Origin: Escherichia coli
GTDB taxonomy: Bacteria; Pseudomonadota; Gammaproteobacteria; Enterobacterales; Enterobacteriaceae
Length of the DNA: 64,000 nucleotides
Strand: one strand, 5' to 3'
Assembly (NCBI RefSeq): GCF_045037415.1
Contig: NZ_CP173438.1
Shown here in pieces: positions 44,933-60,057 of this stretch. Under the pieces are notes generated by a model, which searched no databases, was not told where the DNA came from, and saw nothing but the letters and a program-made list of their open reading frames with translations. Made by a program: the position numbers and the translations under genes. Each line of letters starts with the position of its first letter. Position 1 is the first letter of the stretch.

Positions 44933-45773
44933 GTTCCAGAATGTAGTGATTGTCACTATTGTCGGTTGGCTTGTGTTGTTTATCTTTCTGCCCAACCTGA
45001 TGATCATTGGCACCAGCTTTTTGACCCGCGACGACGCCAGTTTCGTCAAAATGGTCTTTACGCTGGATAACTACACGCGTCTGCTCGATCCGCTCTATTT
45101 TGAAGTGCTATTGCACTCGCTGAATATGGCGCTGATCGCCACCCTCGCCTGCCTGGTGCTGGGCTATCCTTTTGCCTGGTTTCTGGCGAAGCTGCCACAC
45201 AAGGTGCGTCCGCTGCTGCTGTTTCTGCTGATTGTTCCGTTCTGGACCAACTCATTGATTCGTATTTACGGGCTGAAAATTTTCCTCAGCACCAAAGGCT
45301 ATCTCAACGAGTTTTTGCTCTGGCTGGGCGTTATCGATACACCAATTCGCATCATGTTCACGCCTAGTGCGGTGATTATCGGTCTGGTTTACATTCTGCT
45401 GCCGTTTATGGTGATGCCGCTGTACTCCAGTATCGAAAAACTGGATAAGCCGTTGCTTGAGGCGGCGCGCGATCTCGGTGCCAGCAAGTTGCAGACCTTT
45501 ATTCGCATCATTATCCCACTGACGATGCCGGGAATTATTGCCGGATGTCTGCTGGTGATGCTGCCAGCGATGGGCCTGTTCTATGTGTCCGACCTGATGG
45601 GCGGTGCGAAAAACCTGCTGATCGGTAACGTCATCAAGGTACAGTTCCTCAATATTCGTGACTGGCCGTTTGGTGCAGCCACCAGCATTACGCTGACTAT
45701 CGTAATGGGCCTGATGTTGCTGGTTTACTGGCGCGCTTCTCGTTTGCTGAATAAGAAGGTGGAACTCGAATGA
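44916..45773 (+). CDS. potB: Spermidine/putrescine ABC transporter permease PotB (start uncertain)
   Basis: 285-aa ORF, multi-TM permease; overlaps potA end and potC start. Confidence 0.9.
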
Positions 45774-46564
45774 TCGGTCGACTGCTTCGCGGCGGTTTTA
45801 TGACCGCTATCTACGCGTACCTGTATATCCCAATCATTATTTTGATTGTGAACTCCTTTAACAGCTCGCGCTTTGGCATCAACTGGCAGGGTTTTACCAC
45901 CAAATGGTATAGCCTGCTGATGAACAACGACAGCCTGTTACAGGCAGCGCAGCATTCACTTACAATGGCGGTGTTTTCGGCGACGTTTGCTACGCTTATC
46001 GGTTCACTGACGGCAGTTGCGCTGTACCGTTATCGCTTTCGTGGTAAGCCGTTCGTTAGCGGAATGCTGTTTGTGGTGATGATGTCACCAGATATCGTAA
46101 TGGCGATTTCGCTGCTGGTGCTGTTTATGCTGCTGGGTATTCAGCTTGGCTTCTGGTCGCTGCTGTTCTCGCATATCACCTTCTGCCTGCCATTTGTGGT
46201 AGTGACAGTGTATTCGCGCCTGAAAGGTTTTGACGTGCGAATGCTGGAAGCGGCGAAAGATCTCGGTGCCAGCGAATTTACCATTCTGCGAAAAATCATT
46301 CTGCCACTGGCAATGCCAGCGGTAGCGGCGGGCTGGGTGTTAAGCTTTACCCTGTCGATGGACGACGTGGTGGTTTCTTCGTTTGTCACCGGGCCGAGTT
46401 ATGAAATTCTGCCGTTAAAAATTTATTCGATGGTCAAAGTCGGCGTATCGCCGGAAGTTAACGCGCTGGCAACCATATTACTGGTGCTGTCGCTGGTGAT
46501 GGTAATTGCCAGCCAGCTTATTGCTCGTGATAAAACGAAAGGTAACACAGGGGACGTTAAATGA
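45770..46564 (+). CDS. potC: Spermidine/putrescine ABC transporter permease PotC
   Basis: 264 aa multi-TM permease; operon overlaps. Confidence 0.9.
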   Translation: MIGRLLRGGFMTAIYAYLYIPIIILIVNSFNSSRFGINWQGFTTKWYSLLMNNDSLLQAAQHSLTMAVFSATFATLIGSLTAVALYRYRFRGKPFVSGMLFVVMMSPDIVMAISLLVLFMLLGIQLGFWSLLFSHITFCLPFVVVTVYSRLKGFDVRMLEAAKDLGASEFTILRKIILPLAMPAVAAGWVLSFTLSMDDVVVSSFVTGPSYEILPLKIYSMVKVGVSPEVNALATILLVLSLVMVIASQLIARDKTKGNTGDVK

Positions 46565-47607
46565 AAAAATGGTCACGCCACCTGCTCGCGGCGGGTGCTC
46601 TGGCACTGGGCATGAGCGCCGCTCACGCCGATGACAACAACACGCTGTATTTCTACAACTGGACCGAGTACGTGCCGCCAGGACTGCTTGAACAGTTCAC
46701 CAAAGAAACCGGTATTAAGGTTATCTATTCGACTTACGAGTCGAACGAAACCATGTACGCGAAGCTGAAAACGTACAAAGACGGTGCCTATGACCTGGTG
46801 GTTCCTTCAACCTATTACGTCGATAAAATGCGTAAAGAAGGGATGATCCAGAAGATCGACAAGTCGAAGTTAAGCAATTTCAGCAACCTCGATCCAGACA
46901 TGCTCAACAAGCCGTTTGACCCGAATAACGACTATTCCATTCCGTATATCTGGGGTGCGACGGCGATTGGCGTTAACGGTGATGCGGTGGATCCGAAATC
47001 TGTCACCAGCTGGGCCGATCTGTGGAAGCCTGAGTACAAAGGCAGCCTGCTGCTGACCGACGATGCCCGTGAAGTGTTCCAGATGGCGCTGCGTAAGCTG
47101 GGCTACTCCGGTAACACCACCGATCCGAAAGAGATTGAAGCTGCATACAACGAGCTGAAAAAGCTGATGCCAAACGTCGCGGCGTTTAACTCCGATAACC
47201 CGGCGAACCCGTATATGGAAGGCGAAGTTAACCTCGGCATGATCTGGAACGGTTCTGCTTTCGTTGCACGCCAGGCGGGTACGCCAATTGATGTGGTGTG
47301 GCCGAAAGAAGGCGGTATTTTCTGGATGGACAGCCTGGCGATCCCGGCAAATGCCAAAAACAAAGAAGGCGCGCTGAAATTGATCAACTTCCTGCTGCGC
47401 CCGGATGTGGCAAAACAGGTTGCTGAAACTATCGGTTATCCAACGCCAAACCTTGCGGCGCGTAAGCTGTTAAGTCCGGAAGTGGCGAACGATAAAACGC
47501 TCTACCCGGATGCTGAAACCATTAAAAATGGTGAATGGCAGAATGACGTTGGCGCAGCCAGCAGCATTTATGAAGAGTATTATCAGAAGCTGAAAGCAGG
47601 ACGTTAA
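46561..47607 (+). CDS. potD: Spermidine/putrescine periplasmic binding protein PotD
   Basis: 348 aa with signal peptide MKKWSRHLLAAGALALGMSAAHA. Confidence 0.95.
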   Translation: MKKWSRHLLAAGALALGMSAAHADDNNTLYFYNWTEYVPPGLLEQFTKETGIKVIYSTYESNETMYAKLKTYKDGAYDLVVPSTYYVDKMRKEGMIQKIDKSKLSNFSNLDPDMLNKPFDPNNDYSIPYIWGATAIGVNGDAVDPKSVTSWADLWKPEYKGSLLLTDDAREVFQMALRKLGYSGNTTDPKEIEAAYNELKKLMPNVAAFNSDNPANPYMEGEVNLGMIWNGSAFVARQAGTPIDVVWPKEGGIFWMDSLAIPANAKNKEGALKLINFLLRPDVAKQVAETIGYPTPNLAARKLLSPEVANDKTLYPDAETIKNGEWQNDVGAASSIYEEYYQKLKAGR

Positions 47608-47664
47608 TTCAGCAAGCGGGCGGTGATATTACCGCCCGTTTTTTATTTAGCAAGGATGTGGCTA

Positions 47665-48126
47665 ATGAGCCAGGACAGTAGAGTTTTCTTTCGTATATTC
47701 TTCGGTATCGGTCTGGTACTGATCCTCATTTCTGTTGTTATCTTTTATAACCAGTTCACCTATAGCAAAGACGCGATTCATACTGAAGGCGTCATTGTTG
47801 ATACCGTCTGGCACTCCAGTCATTCTCATCGCACGGGTAAAAATGGTTCGTGGTATCCCGTCGTTGCCTTTCGTCCGACGCCAGATTACACGCTAATTTT
47901 CAATTCGAGTATTGGCAGCGATTTTTATGAAGGCAGCGAAGGCGATAAAGTTAATGTTTATTATTCTCCAGGACATCCTGAAAAGGCTGAGATAAATAAC
48001 CCGTGGGTTAATTTTTTTAAATGGGGGTTTATCGGCATTATGGGCGTTATTTTTATCTCCGTCGGTTTATTAATCAGTATGCCCTCCTCTAAAAAGACAC
48101 GCAGGAAACGGAAGTCCCGCCCATGA
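47665..48126 (+). CDS. ymfA: Inner membrane protein YmfA
   Basis: ORF 47623..48126; from [43 protein letters not shown]... Confidence 0.8.
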   Translation: MSQDSRVFFRIFFGIGLVLILISVVIFYNQFTYSKDAIHTEGVIVDTVWHSSHSHRTGKNGSWYPVVAFRPTPDYTLIFNSSIGSDFYEGSEGDKVNVYYSPGHPEKAEINNPWVNFFKWGFIGIMGVIFISVGLLISMPSSKKTRRKRKSRP

Positions 48127-48911
48127 AAAAAATCATAATATTGCTCAGTTTACTGATACTCCTGCCTCTGACGGCAACCAGTAAGCCCTTAATTCCAATA
48201 ATGAAGACACTTTTTACGGATGTTACCGGTACTGTACCAGATGCTGAAGAGATCGCGCATAAAGCCGAGCTTTTTCGCCAACAAACCGGAGTTGCACCGT
48301 TTATTGTGGTTTTACCCGACATTAATAATGAAGCCAGTCTCAGGCAAAATGGCAAAGCGATGCTGGCGCATGCGGCATCTTCAATGAGTAATGTAAAAGG
48401 AAGTGTTCTGTTACTCTTTACTACCCGCGAGCCACGGTTAATTATGATAACCAACGGCCAGGTTGAAAGCGGTCTGGACGATAAACATCTCGGCCTTCTG
48501 GTAGAAAATCACACGCTGGCTTATTTACATGCGGACCTCTGGTATCAGGGTATCAATAATGCATTGGCTGTTTTACAAGCACAGATATTAAAACAACCGA
48601 CGCCACCACTGACATATTATCCGCATCCCGGACAACAGCATGAAAATGATCCACCCGGCAGTACCACGACATTAGGCCTTTTTGCCTGGGCAGTTGCATT
48701 CATCGTCTTTGCTGCATTTTTTAACTACACAACGCGCCTTTATTATGCGTTAAAATTTGCAGTGGCGATGGCTGTTGCCAATATGGGTTATCAGGCTTTA
48801 TGTTTGTATATCGATAACAGCTTTGCGATTACCAGAATATCGCCACTCTGGGCAGGGCTGATTGGTGTCTGTACGTTTATTGCCGCGTTACTATGGACGA
48901 GTAAACGGTAA
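48123..48911 (+). CDS. ycfZ: Inner membrane protein YcfZ
   Basis: 262 aa, [54 protein letters not shown]... Confidence 0.85.
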   Translation: MKKIIILLSLLILLPLTATSKPLIPIMKTLFTDVTGTVPDAEEIAHKAELFRQQTGVAPFIVVLPDINNEASLRQNGKAMLAHAASSMSNVKGSVLLLFTTREPRLIMITNGQVESGLDDKHLGLLVENHTLAYLHADLWYQGINNALAVLQAQILKQPTPPLTYYPHPGQQHENDPPGSTTTLGLFAWAVAFIVFAAFFNYTTRLYYALKFAVAMAVANMGYQALCLYIDNSFAITRISPLWAGLIGVCTFIAALLWTSKR

Positions 48912-48924
48912 AAGAGGCAGTAAA

Positions 48925-49040
48925 GTTCGCGTGTATTATGCCGGATGCGGCGCGAACGCCTTATCCGGCCCACAAAACCCGCAAATTCAATTAATTGCGC
49001 CCCTTCACAGGCCTGACAAGCGTAGCGCATCAGGCAATTT
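48925..49040. repeat. REP (repetitive extragenic palindromic) elements
   Basis: gccggatgcggcgcgaacgccttatccggcc and aggcctgacaagcgtagcgcatcaggc palindromic units between ycfZ and cobB. Confidence 0.7.
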
Positions 49041-49048
49041 TTCCCGCT

Positions 49049-49870
49049 TTATAATCCCTTCAGCAACTTTTCAACAAACTCTGGCACCACCTGGCTTGCC
49101 GGACCGTAATATTTCTCGGCAAATTCATTACCAACCTGACTCGGTTCAAGATTCAGTTCCACGGTGTGCGCGCCATGCAGTTTCGCTTCGTGAACAAACC
49201 CAGCCGCCGGATAAACATGCCCCGAAGTACCAATGGCAATGAAAATATCGGCCATCGACAACGCCATATAAATTTCATCCATGCCGAGTGGCATTTCGCC
49301 AAACCACACTACGTGCGGGCGCAAGGGTGCCGGGAACTGGCAACAATGGCATTTATCTTCTGGCGTAACGTCTCCGGTCCAGTCGAGGACCTGGCCACTT
49401 TGCGAACAACGTACTTTCAGCAATTCCCCATGCATATGAATCACATTGGTATTGCCTGCGCGTTCATGCAGGTTATCGATATTTTGCGTCACCAGCAAAA
49501 AGCGATCGCCGAGAGCATCTTGCAGTTTCGCCAGCGCAAGATGTGCAGCGTTAGGCTGAATTTCTGGCTGCTGCAACTGTCGACGACGGGCGTTATAAAA
49601 CGTTTGCACCAGTTCAGGATCGCGATCAAAACCTTCCGGCGTTGCCACATCTTCAACCCGATGTTCTTCCCACAGGCCATCTGCGGCGCGAAAGGTACGA
49701 ATACCTGATTCCGCAGAAATCCCTGCCCCTGTCAGTACGAGTACTCTTGGTTTTTCCATTGCTTCCGGCACCACTTTATCTCTGAAAAAAATACGCTGAC
49801 GCAAACGCTCGCGCAGGCGGCGTTTATTTTTACGAAAACGACTTAACCGATGACCCCGACGCGACAGCAT
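49049..49870 (-). CDS. cobB: NAD-dependent protein deacylase (sirtuin) CobB
   Basis: 273 aa; [14 protein letters not shown] and zinc-binding cysteines; matches E. coli CobB long isoform. Confidence 0.95.
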   Translation of the reverse strand: MLSRRGHRLSRFRKNKRRLRERLRQRIFFRDKVVPEAMEKPRVLVLTGAGISAESGIRTFRAADGLWEEHRVEDVATPEGFDRDPELVQTFYNARRRQLQQPEIQPNAAHLALAKLQDALGDRFLLVTQNIDNLHERAGNTNVIHMHGELLKVRCSQSGQVLDWTGDVTPEDKCHCCQFPAPLRPHVVWFGEMPLGMDEIYMALSMADIFIAIGTSGHVYPAAGFVHEAKLHGAHTVELNLEPSQVGNEFAEKYYGPASQVVPEFVEKLLKGL

Positions 49871-49885
49871 AGCAACCTCTGTTGA

Positions 49886-50797
49886 TTAATCGGTTAGATG
49901 TAGGAAGGCCGCACCACGCATTCCTCCCGCATCACCGTGGCGCGCGCGTTCAATGCGCGGAACACGAGCTACAGGTAAGAGATGACGAGGCAACCTTTCC
50001 GCCAGTTGCGTTGTGATTGCCGGGAAATTCGATAAGCCACCACCAATGACGACCAGGTCAGGGTCAACAATGGTCAGGATATTTCCCAGACAAACCGCTA
50101 ATAAATCCAGATAACGCTCAACGTGCGCCCTTGCCTGCTCATCGCCTTGATCATAAAGCGCAATGATCTCAGGAGCCTGCAACGGTTGATGATAATAGTG
50201 TTGATACAGCCACGCAAAACCGCGACCAGACAGATAATTTTCAATGCAGCCATGCTGACCACAGCCGCAGCGGCGTAACGGGAAATCCAGCCCCATCATG
50301 GTTAACGCATCAACCGGCAGACGCATATGGCCAAACTCGCCGGTAATATAGCTTTTACCGGTAATTGGTTTACCGTTGAAAATCAGCCCGCCGCCAACGC
50401 CGGTGCCGAGAATCAACCCCATCACCAGTGGATATTGAGTAAATTCATCATCCCATGCTTCAGAAAGGGCAAAACAGTTGGCATCGTTATCAAGGCGTAC
50501 ATCGCGATCAAGACGTGCGCTCAGGTCGGCACGCAGCGGTTTACCGCTGGCAGCAGGGACATTGGCGGCATACAGCGTACCATCTTCTGTTTCCGGCATA
50601 CCCGGAATACCAATGCCGACAGAACCTTTACAGCCAAAACGTTGGTCAGCTTCGGCTACCAGCTCGCACACTGCATCTAAAAATGCGTCATAGCTGTCAC
50701 GCGGTGTCGGCACCCGCTTTTCCCACTGCAACTGCCGACCGCTATCAAACACGCCTAGCGCAATTTTTGTTCCACCAATATCAAACCCGTAATACAT
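49886..50797 (-). CDS. nagK: N-acetyl-D-glucosamine kinase NagK
   Basis: ORF 49886..50857; from [43 protein letters not shown]... (ROK family). Confidence 0.9.
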   Translation of the reverse strand: MYYGFDIGGTKIALGVFDSGRQLQWEKRVPTPRDSYDAFLDAVCELVAEADQRFGCKGSVGIGIPGMPETEDGTLYAANVPAASGKPLRADLSARLDRDVRLDNDANCFALSEAWDDEFTQYPLVMGLILGTGVGGGLIFNGKPITGKSYITGEFGHMRLPVDALTMMGLDFPLRRCGCGQHGCIENYLSGRGFAWLYQHYYHQPLQAPEIIALYDQGDEQARAHVERYLDLLAVCLGNILTIVDPDLVVIGGGLSNFPAITTQLAERLPRHLLPVARVPRIERARHGDAGGMRGAAFLHLTD

Positions 50798-50825
50798 TGC
50801 CGCTCCTTGTTTTAATGTACTGCCT

Positions 50826-54074
<3,249 letters not shown>

Positions 54075-54223
54075 TCAATCGGCTAAAGTGCCTCATTTTA
54101 TCATCGGCCATGTGGCCTGATCTTTATCTGAAAAATAACCAAATACAGACAGATACGCATTACACCACGCGACTCGCCCCGCAGGATCAACCGCATGTTA
54201 AATAAAAAGAGCGTGTTGTCCCG

Positions 54224-55297
54224 ATGAAACAAAAAGAGCTATGGATTAACCAGATCAAAGGGTTATGTATTTGTCTGGTGGTGATTTATCACTCGGTCAT
54301 TACCTTTTATCCGCATCTGACCACTTTTCAGCATCCGTTATCGGAAGTCCTGAGCAAATGCTGGATCTATTTCAATCTTTACCTTGCACCCTTTCGTATG
54401 CCGGTTTTTTTCTTTATCTCTGGCTATTTGATTCGCCGCTATATCGACAGCGTACCGTGGGGAAATTGTCTCGATAAACGCATCTGGAACATCTTCTGGG
54501 TGCTGGCGCTTTGGGGCGTGGTGCAGTGGCTGGCGTTAAGTGCGCTGAACCAGTGGCTGGCACCTGAGCGCGATTTAAGCAATGCCTCCAATGCCGCTTA
54601 TGCCGATTCCACCGGTGAGTTCCTGCACGGGATGATCACCGCCAGCACCAGCTTGTGGTATCTGTATGCGTTAATTGTCTATTTCGTGATATGTAAAATT
54701 TTTAACCCCCTGGCCCTGCCGTTATTTGTTCTGTTTGTACTGATGAGTGTGGCTGTTAATTTCGTACCCACACCGTGGTGGGGAATGAACAGTGTGATCC
54801 GCAATTTGCCTTATTACAGCCTTGGCGCATGGTTTGGCGCAACATTAATGACCTGTGTTAAAGCGGTACCGTTGCGCCGCCATCTGCTGATGGCTTCTTT
54901 GCTGACCGTTCTGGCGGTCGGTGCCTGGTTGTTTAATATCTCGCTGCTGTTGTCGCTGGTATCGATTGTGGTAATCATGAAGCTGTTTTATCAGTACGAG
55001 CAGCGTTTCGGTATGCGTTCCTCCAGCCTGCTGAATGTGATTGGCTCCAACACCATTGCTATCTATACCACCCATCGCATTCTGGTAGAAATATTCAGCT
55101 TAAGCCTGATTCCGCAAATGAACGCGGTACGCTGGTCGCCGCAAGTCGAACTGACGCTCCTGCTGATTTACCCCTTTGTCAGTTTGTTGATTTGTACTGT
55201 TGCGGGCTTGCTGGTAAGAAAACTTTCACAGCGCGCATTCAGCGATCTGTTGTTCTCCCCGCCTTCTCTGCCCGCTACCGTCAGTTACTCCCGCTAA
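54224..55297 (+). CDS. ycfT: Inner membrane acyltransferase-family protein YcfT
   Basis: 357 aa multi-TM protein; conserved K-12 synteny between lolC and mfd. Confidence 0.85.
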   Translation: MKQKELWINQIKGLCICLVVIYHSVITFYPHLTTFQHPLSEVLSKCWIYFNLYLAPFRMPVFFFISGYLIRRYIDSVPWGNCLDKRIWNIFWVLALWGVVQWLALSALNQWLAPERDLSNASNAAYADSTGEFLHGMITASTSLWYLYALIVYFVICKIFNPLALPLFVLFVLMSVAVNFVPTPWWGMNSVIRNLPYYSLGAWFGATLMTCVKAVPLRRHLLMASLLTVLAVGAWLFNISLLLSLVSIVVIMKLFYQYEQRFGMRSSSLLNVIGSNTIAIYTTHRILVEIFSLSLIPQMNAVRWSPQVELTLLLIYPFVSLLICTVAGLLVRKLSQRAFSDLLFSPPSLPATVSYSR

Positions 55298-55423
55298 GCC
55301 ATCGCCCCAGCCGGGGCGATTCAATTTGCTAAACCATGTCGATTACGGATAATGAACAGCATTGCTTATCAGAGATATGCCCCATATGTTGAGGCATATC
55401 CTAACGAGAATCTGACAACCGTT

Positions 55424-58400
55424 ATGCCTGAACAATATCGTTATACGCTGCCCGTCAAAGCGGGTGAGCAGCGTCTGCTGGGCGAGTTAACCGGCGCTGC
55501 CTGCGCGACGCTGGTAGCAGAAATTGCCGAACGTCACGCCGGTCCGGTGGTACTCATTGCACCAGATATGCAAAATGCTCTGCGTTTGCATGATGAAATC
55601 AGCCAGTTCACCGATCAGATGGTGATGAATCTGGCGGACTGGGAAACCCTCCCTTACGACAGTTTTTCGCCTCATCAGGACATTATCTCCTCGCGTCTTT
55701 CCACCCTTTACCAGTTACCATCGATGCAGCGTGGCGTACTGATTGTTCCGGTGAATACGCTTATGCAGCGCGTTTGCCCGCACAGCTTTCTCCACGGTCA
55801 TGCGCTGGTGATGAAAAAAGGTCAGCGCCTGTCACGAGATGCATTACGAACCCAACTGGACAGCGCCGGTTATCGCCATGTTGACCAGGTGATGGAGCAC
55901 GGCGAATACGCCACGCGCGGCGCGTTGTTGGATCTCTTCCCGATGGGGAGTGAGCTGCCTTATCGTCTTGATTTCTTTGATGATGAAATCGACAGCCTGC
56001 GGGTGTTTGACGTCGATAGCCAGCGCACGCTGGAGGAAGTAGAAGCGATCAATCTGTTGCCCGCGCACGAATTTCCGACCGATAAAGCGGCAATTGAACT
56101 GTTCCGCAGCCAGTGGCGTGATACCTTCGAAGTGAAGCGCGACCCGGAACATATTTATCAGCAAGTGAGTAAAGGCACATTACCTGCCGGGATCGAGTAC
56201 TGGCAGCCGCTATTCTTCAGCGAACCGCTGCCGCCACTGTTCAGTTATTTCCCTGCCAATACGCTGTTGGTGAATACTGGCGATCTGGAAAACAGTGCCG
56301 AACGTTTCCAGGCTGACACGCTCGCGCGTTTTGAGAATCGCGGCATCGACCCAATGCGCCCACTGTTGCCACCACAATCGCTCTGGCTGCGGGTGGATGA
56401 GCTCTTCTCAGAGCTGAAAAACTGGCCCCGTGTGCAGCTAAAAACTGAACATTTACCGACAAAAGCAGCGAATGCCAATTTAGGTTTCCAGAAACTGCCA
56501 GACCTGGCCATTCAGGCACAACAAAAAGCGCCGCTGGATGCGCTGCGTAAGTTCCTCGAGTCTTTCGACGGTCCGGTGGTGTTCTCGGTAGAAAGTGAAG
56601 GCCGCCGTGAAGCGTTGGGTGAACTGCTCGCGCGAATTAAAATTGCTCCGCAACGCATTATGCGTCTTGATGAAGCCAGCGACCGTGGGCGTTATCTGAT
56701 GATTGGCGCTGCAGAGCATGGTTTTGTCGATACGGTACGTAATCTGGCGCTGATTTGCGAAAGCGATCTGCTCGGTGAACGCGTTGCCCGTCGTCGTCAG
56801 GATTCTCGCCGCGCCATCAACCCCGATACACTGATCCGTAACCTTGCGGAGCTGCATATTGGTCAGCCGGTGGTCCATCTGGAGCACGGCGTCGGTCGTT
56901 ATGCCGGAATGACCACGCTCGAAGCTGGAGGCATTACTGGCGAGTATTTGATGCTCACCTATGCCAACGACGCCAAACTGTATGTTCCGGTGTCGTCACT
57001 GCATCTGATTAGCCGTTACGCGGGTGGCGCAGAAGAAAACGCACCACTGCATAAACTTGGTGGCGATGCCTGGTCACGCGCGCGGCAGAAAGCGGCGGAA
57101 AAAGTGCGTGATGTGGCGGCGGAATTGCTGGATATCTACGCGCAACGCGCCGCCAAAGAGGGCTTCGCGTTTAAACACGATCGCGAGCAGTATCAGTTGT
57201 TCTGCGACAGCTTCCCGTTTGAAACCACGCCGGATCAGGCGCAGGCCATTAATGCGGTGCTTAGTGACATGTGTCAGCCGCTGGCAATGGATCGTCTGGT
57301 GTGCGGCGATGTTGGCTTTGGTAAAACAGAAGTGGCGATGCGCGCCGCTTTCATGGCGGTAGATAACCACAAACAGGTGGCGGTGCTGGTGCCTACCACC
57401 CTTCTCGCGCAGCAGCATTACGACAACTTCCGCGACCGTTTCGCCAACTGGCCGGTACGTATCGAAATGATCTCCCGTTTCCGCAGCGCCAAAGAGCAGA
57501 CGCAAATCCTTGCGGAAGTGGCGGAAGGGAAAATTGATATTCTGATCGGTACGCACAAACTGCTGCAAAGTGACGTCAAGTTTAAAGATTTAGGCCTGCT
57601 GATTGTCGATGAAGAACACCGCTTCGGGGTGCGTCATAAAGAGCGCATTAAAGCGATGCGCGCGAACGTGGATATTCTGACGCTTACCGCAACGCCGATC
57701 CCACGTACGCTGAATATGGCAATGAGCGGAATGCGCGATCTGTCGATTATCGCCACGCCGCCCGCCCGTCGTCTGGCAGTTAAAACCTTTGTCCGTGAGT
57801 ATGACAGTCTGGTGGTCCGGGAGGCGATCCTGCGTGAAATTTTGCGCGGAGGACAGGTTTATTATCTCTACAATGATGTGGAAAACATCCAGAAAGCCGC
57901 CGAACGGCTGGCAGAACTGGTACCTGAAGCGCGGATTGCTATCGGTCACGGGCAAATGCGTGAGCGCGAACTGGAACGGGTGATGAATGATTTCCATCAT
58001 CAACGTTTCAACGTGCTGGTTTGTACCACCATTATCGAAACCGGGATCGACATTCCTACCGCCAACACCATTATCATTGAACGCGCGGATCACTTCGGTC
58101 TGGCACAGTTGCACCAGTTGCGCGGTCGCGTCGGGCGTTCGCACCACCAGGCATATGCATGGCTGCTGACGCCGCATCCAAAAGCGATGACTACCGATGC
58201 GCAAAAACGTCTTGAAGCGATTGCCTCGCTGGAAGATCTCGGTGCAGGTTTTGCGCTGGCAACGCACGATCTGGAGATCCGCGGCGCGGGTGAACTGCTT
58301 GGCGAAGAACAAAGCGGCTCAATGGAAACCATCGGTTTCTCGCTGTATATGGAGTTGCTGGAAAACGCCGTCGATGCGCTGAAAGCCGGACGCGAGCCGT

Positions 58401-58870
58401 CGCTGGAAGATCTCACCAGCCAGCAAACAGAAGTCGAGCTGCGGATGCCGTCGCTATTGCCAGATGATTTCATCCCTGACGTGAACACGCGTCTGTCGTT
58501 CTACAAACGTATTGCCAGCGCCAAAACGGAAAACGAACTGGAAGAGATCAAAGTCGAGCTTATCGATCGCTTCGGCCTGCTGCCGGATCCGGCGCGTACC
58601 CTGCTGGATATTGCCCGTCTGCGCCAGCAAGCGCAGAAACTGGGGATCAGGAAGCTGGAAGGTAATGAGAAAGGCGGCGTGATCGAATTTGCCGAGAAGA
58701 ATCACGTTAATCCGGCCTGGTTGATTGGTTTGCTGCAAAAACAGCCGCAGCATTACCGCCTTGATGGTCCGACGCGTCTGAAGTTTATTCAGGATTTGAG
58801 CGAGCGGAAAACGCGTATCGAATGGGTACGCCAGTTTATGCGTGAACTGGAAGAGAACGCGATCGCTTAA
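55424..58870 (+). CDS. mfd: Transcription-repair coupling factor Mfd
   Basis: ORF 55352..58870; from MPEQYRYTLPVKAGEQRLLGELTGAACATLVAEIAERHAGPVVLIAPDMQNA...; helicase motifs GDVGFGKTEVA, DEEH. Confidence 0.95.
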   Translation: MPEQYRYTLPVKAGEQRLLGELTGAACATLVAEIAERHAGPVVLIAPDMQNALRLHDEISQFTDQMVMNLADWETLPYDSFSPHQDIISSRLSTLYQLPSMQRGVLIVPVNTLMQRVCPHSFLHGHALVMKKGQRLSRDALRTQLDSAGYRHVDQVMEHGEYATRGALLDLFPMGSELPYRLDFFDDEIDSLRVFDVDSQRTLEEVEAINLLPAHEFPTDKAAIELFRSQWRDTFEVKRDPEHIYQQVSKGTLPAGIEYWQPLFFSEPLPPLFSYFPANTLLVNTGDLENSAERFQADTLARFENRGIDPMRPLLPPQSLWLRVDELFSELKNWPRVQLKTEHLPTKAANANLGFQKLPDLAIQAQQKAPLDALRKFLESFDGPVVFSVESEGRREALGELLARIKIAPQRIMRLDEASDRGRYLMIGAAEHGFVDTVRNLALICESDLLGERVARRRQDSRRAINPDTLIRNLAELHIGQPVVHLEHGVGRYAGMTTLEAGGITGEYLMLTYANDAKLYVPVSSLHLISRYAGGAEENAPLHKLGGDAWSRARQKAAEKVRDVAAELLDIYAQRAAKEGFAFKHDREQYQLFCDSFPFETTPDQAQAINAVLSDMCQPLAMDRLVCGDVGFGKTEVAMRAAFMAVDNHKQVAVLVPTTLLAQQHYDNFRDRFANWPVRIEMISRFRSAKEQTQILAEVAEGKIDILIGTHKLLQSDVKFKDLGLLIVDEEHRFGVRHKERIKAMRANVDILTLTATPIPRTLNMAMSGMRDLSIIATPPARRLAVKTFVREYDSLVVREAILREILRGGQVYYLYNDVENIQKAAERLAELVPEARIAIGHGQMRERELERVMNDFHHQRFNVLVCTTIIETGIDIPTANTIIIERADHFGLAQLHQLRGRVGRSHHQAYAWLLTPHPKAMTTDAQKRLEAIASLEDLGAGFALATHDLEIRGAGELLGEEQSGSMETIGFSLYMELLENAVDALKAGREPSLEDLTSQQTEVELRMPSLLPDDFIPDVNTRLSFYKRIASAKTENELEEIKVELIDRFGLLPDPARTLLDIARLRQQAQKLGIRKLEGNEKGGVIEFAEKNHVNPAWLIGLLQKQPQHYRLDGPTRLKFIQDLSERKTRIEWVRQFMRELEENAIA

Positions 58871-59012
58871 TGGTAAATCGGGGGCGTTTCTGCGCCCCCA
58901 TCTGCAATATTTACAAATTCTTTGCACTTCCCTGCATTATCCGACACTGTCACCCTCCATAATTCAGACTTACCTTTTTATTACAATAACCTTATATTTA
59001 TTATGGACTTTG

Positions 59013-59975
59013 GTGATGATCAAAACGCGTTTTTCTCGCTGGCTAACATTTTTTACGTTCGCCGCTGCCGTGGCGCTGGCGCTACCGGCAAAAGCCAACA
59101 CCTGGCCGCTGCCGTCAGCAGGCAGTCGTCTGGTTGGTGAAAACAAATTTCATGTTGTGGAAAATGACGGTGGTTCTCTGGAAGCCATCGCCAAAAAATA
59201 TAACGTCGGCTTTCTCGCTCTGTTACAGGCTAACCCCGGCGTTGATCCTTACGTACCGCGCGCGGGTAGCGTGTTAACGATCCCGTTGCAAACCCTACTT
59301 CCAGACGCGCCGCGCGAAGGCATTGTGATCAACATTGCGGAGCTGCGTCTCTATTATTATCCGCCGGGAAAAAATTCGGTAACCGTATATCCCATCGGCA
59401 TTGGTCAATTAGGTGGTGACACGCTGACACCGACAATGGTGACCACCGTTTCTGACAAGCGTGCAAACCCAACCTGGACGCCAACGGCAAACATTCGCGC
59501 GCGGTATAAGGCACAGGGAATTGAGTTGCCTGCGGTAGTTCCGGCTGGACCGGATAACCCAATGGGCCATCATGCGATTCGTCTGGCGGCCTATGGCGGC
59601 GTTTATTTGCTTCACGGTACGAACGCTGATTTCGGCATTGGCATGCGGGTAAGTTCTGGCTGTATTCGTCTGCGGGATGACGATATCAAAACACTCTTTA
59701 GCCAGGTCACCCCAGGCACCAAAGTGAATATCATCAACACCCCGATTAAAGTCTCTGCCGAACCAAACGGTGCGCGTCTGGTTGAAGTACATCAGCCGCT
59801 GTCAGAGAAGATTGATGACGATCCGCAGCTGCTGCCAATTACGCTGAATAGCGCAATGCAATCATTTAAAGATGCAGCACAAACTGACGCTGAAGTGATG
59901 CAACATGTGATGGATGTCCGTTCCGGGATGCCGGTGGATGTCCGCCGTCATCAAGTGAGCCCACAAACTCTGTAA
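59013..59975 (+). CDS. ldtC: L,D-transpeptidase LdtC (YcfS)
   Basis: ORF 58842..59975; start near (V)MIKTRFSRWLTFFTFAAAVALALPAKA (signal peptide); YkuD domain with ...SSGCIRL...; start codon uncertain. Confidence 0.85.
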   Translation: MMIKTRFSRWLTFFTFAAAVALALPAKANTWPLPSAGSRLVGENKFHVVENDGGSLEAIAKKYNVGFLALLQANPGVDPYVPRAGSVLTIPLQTLLPDAPREGIVINIAELRLYYYPPGKNSVTVYPIGIGQLGGDTLTPTMVTTVSDKRANPTWTPTANIRARYKAQGIELPAVVPAGPDNPMGHHAIRLAAYGGVYLLHGTNADFGIGMRVSSGCIRLRDDDIKTLFSQVTPGTKVNIINTPIKVSAEPNGARLVEVHQPLSEKIDDDPQLLPITLNSAMQSFKDAAQTDAEVMQHVMDVRSGMPVDVRRHQVSPQTL

Positions 59976-60057
59976 AGCTCGGATAAAAAAATCCCCGCGA
60001 CACGGCATGTCGCGGGGAAAAAAACAAGCAGTAGCAGGCATTAATGAGGGTTAATGC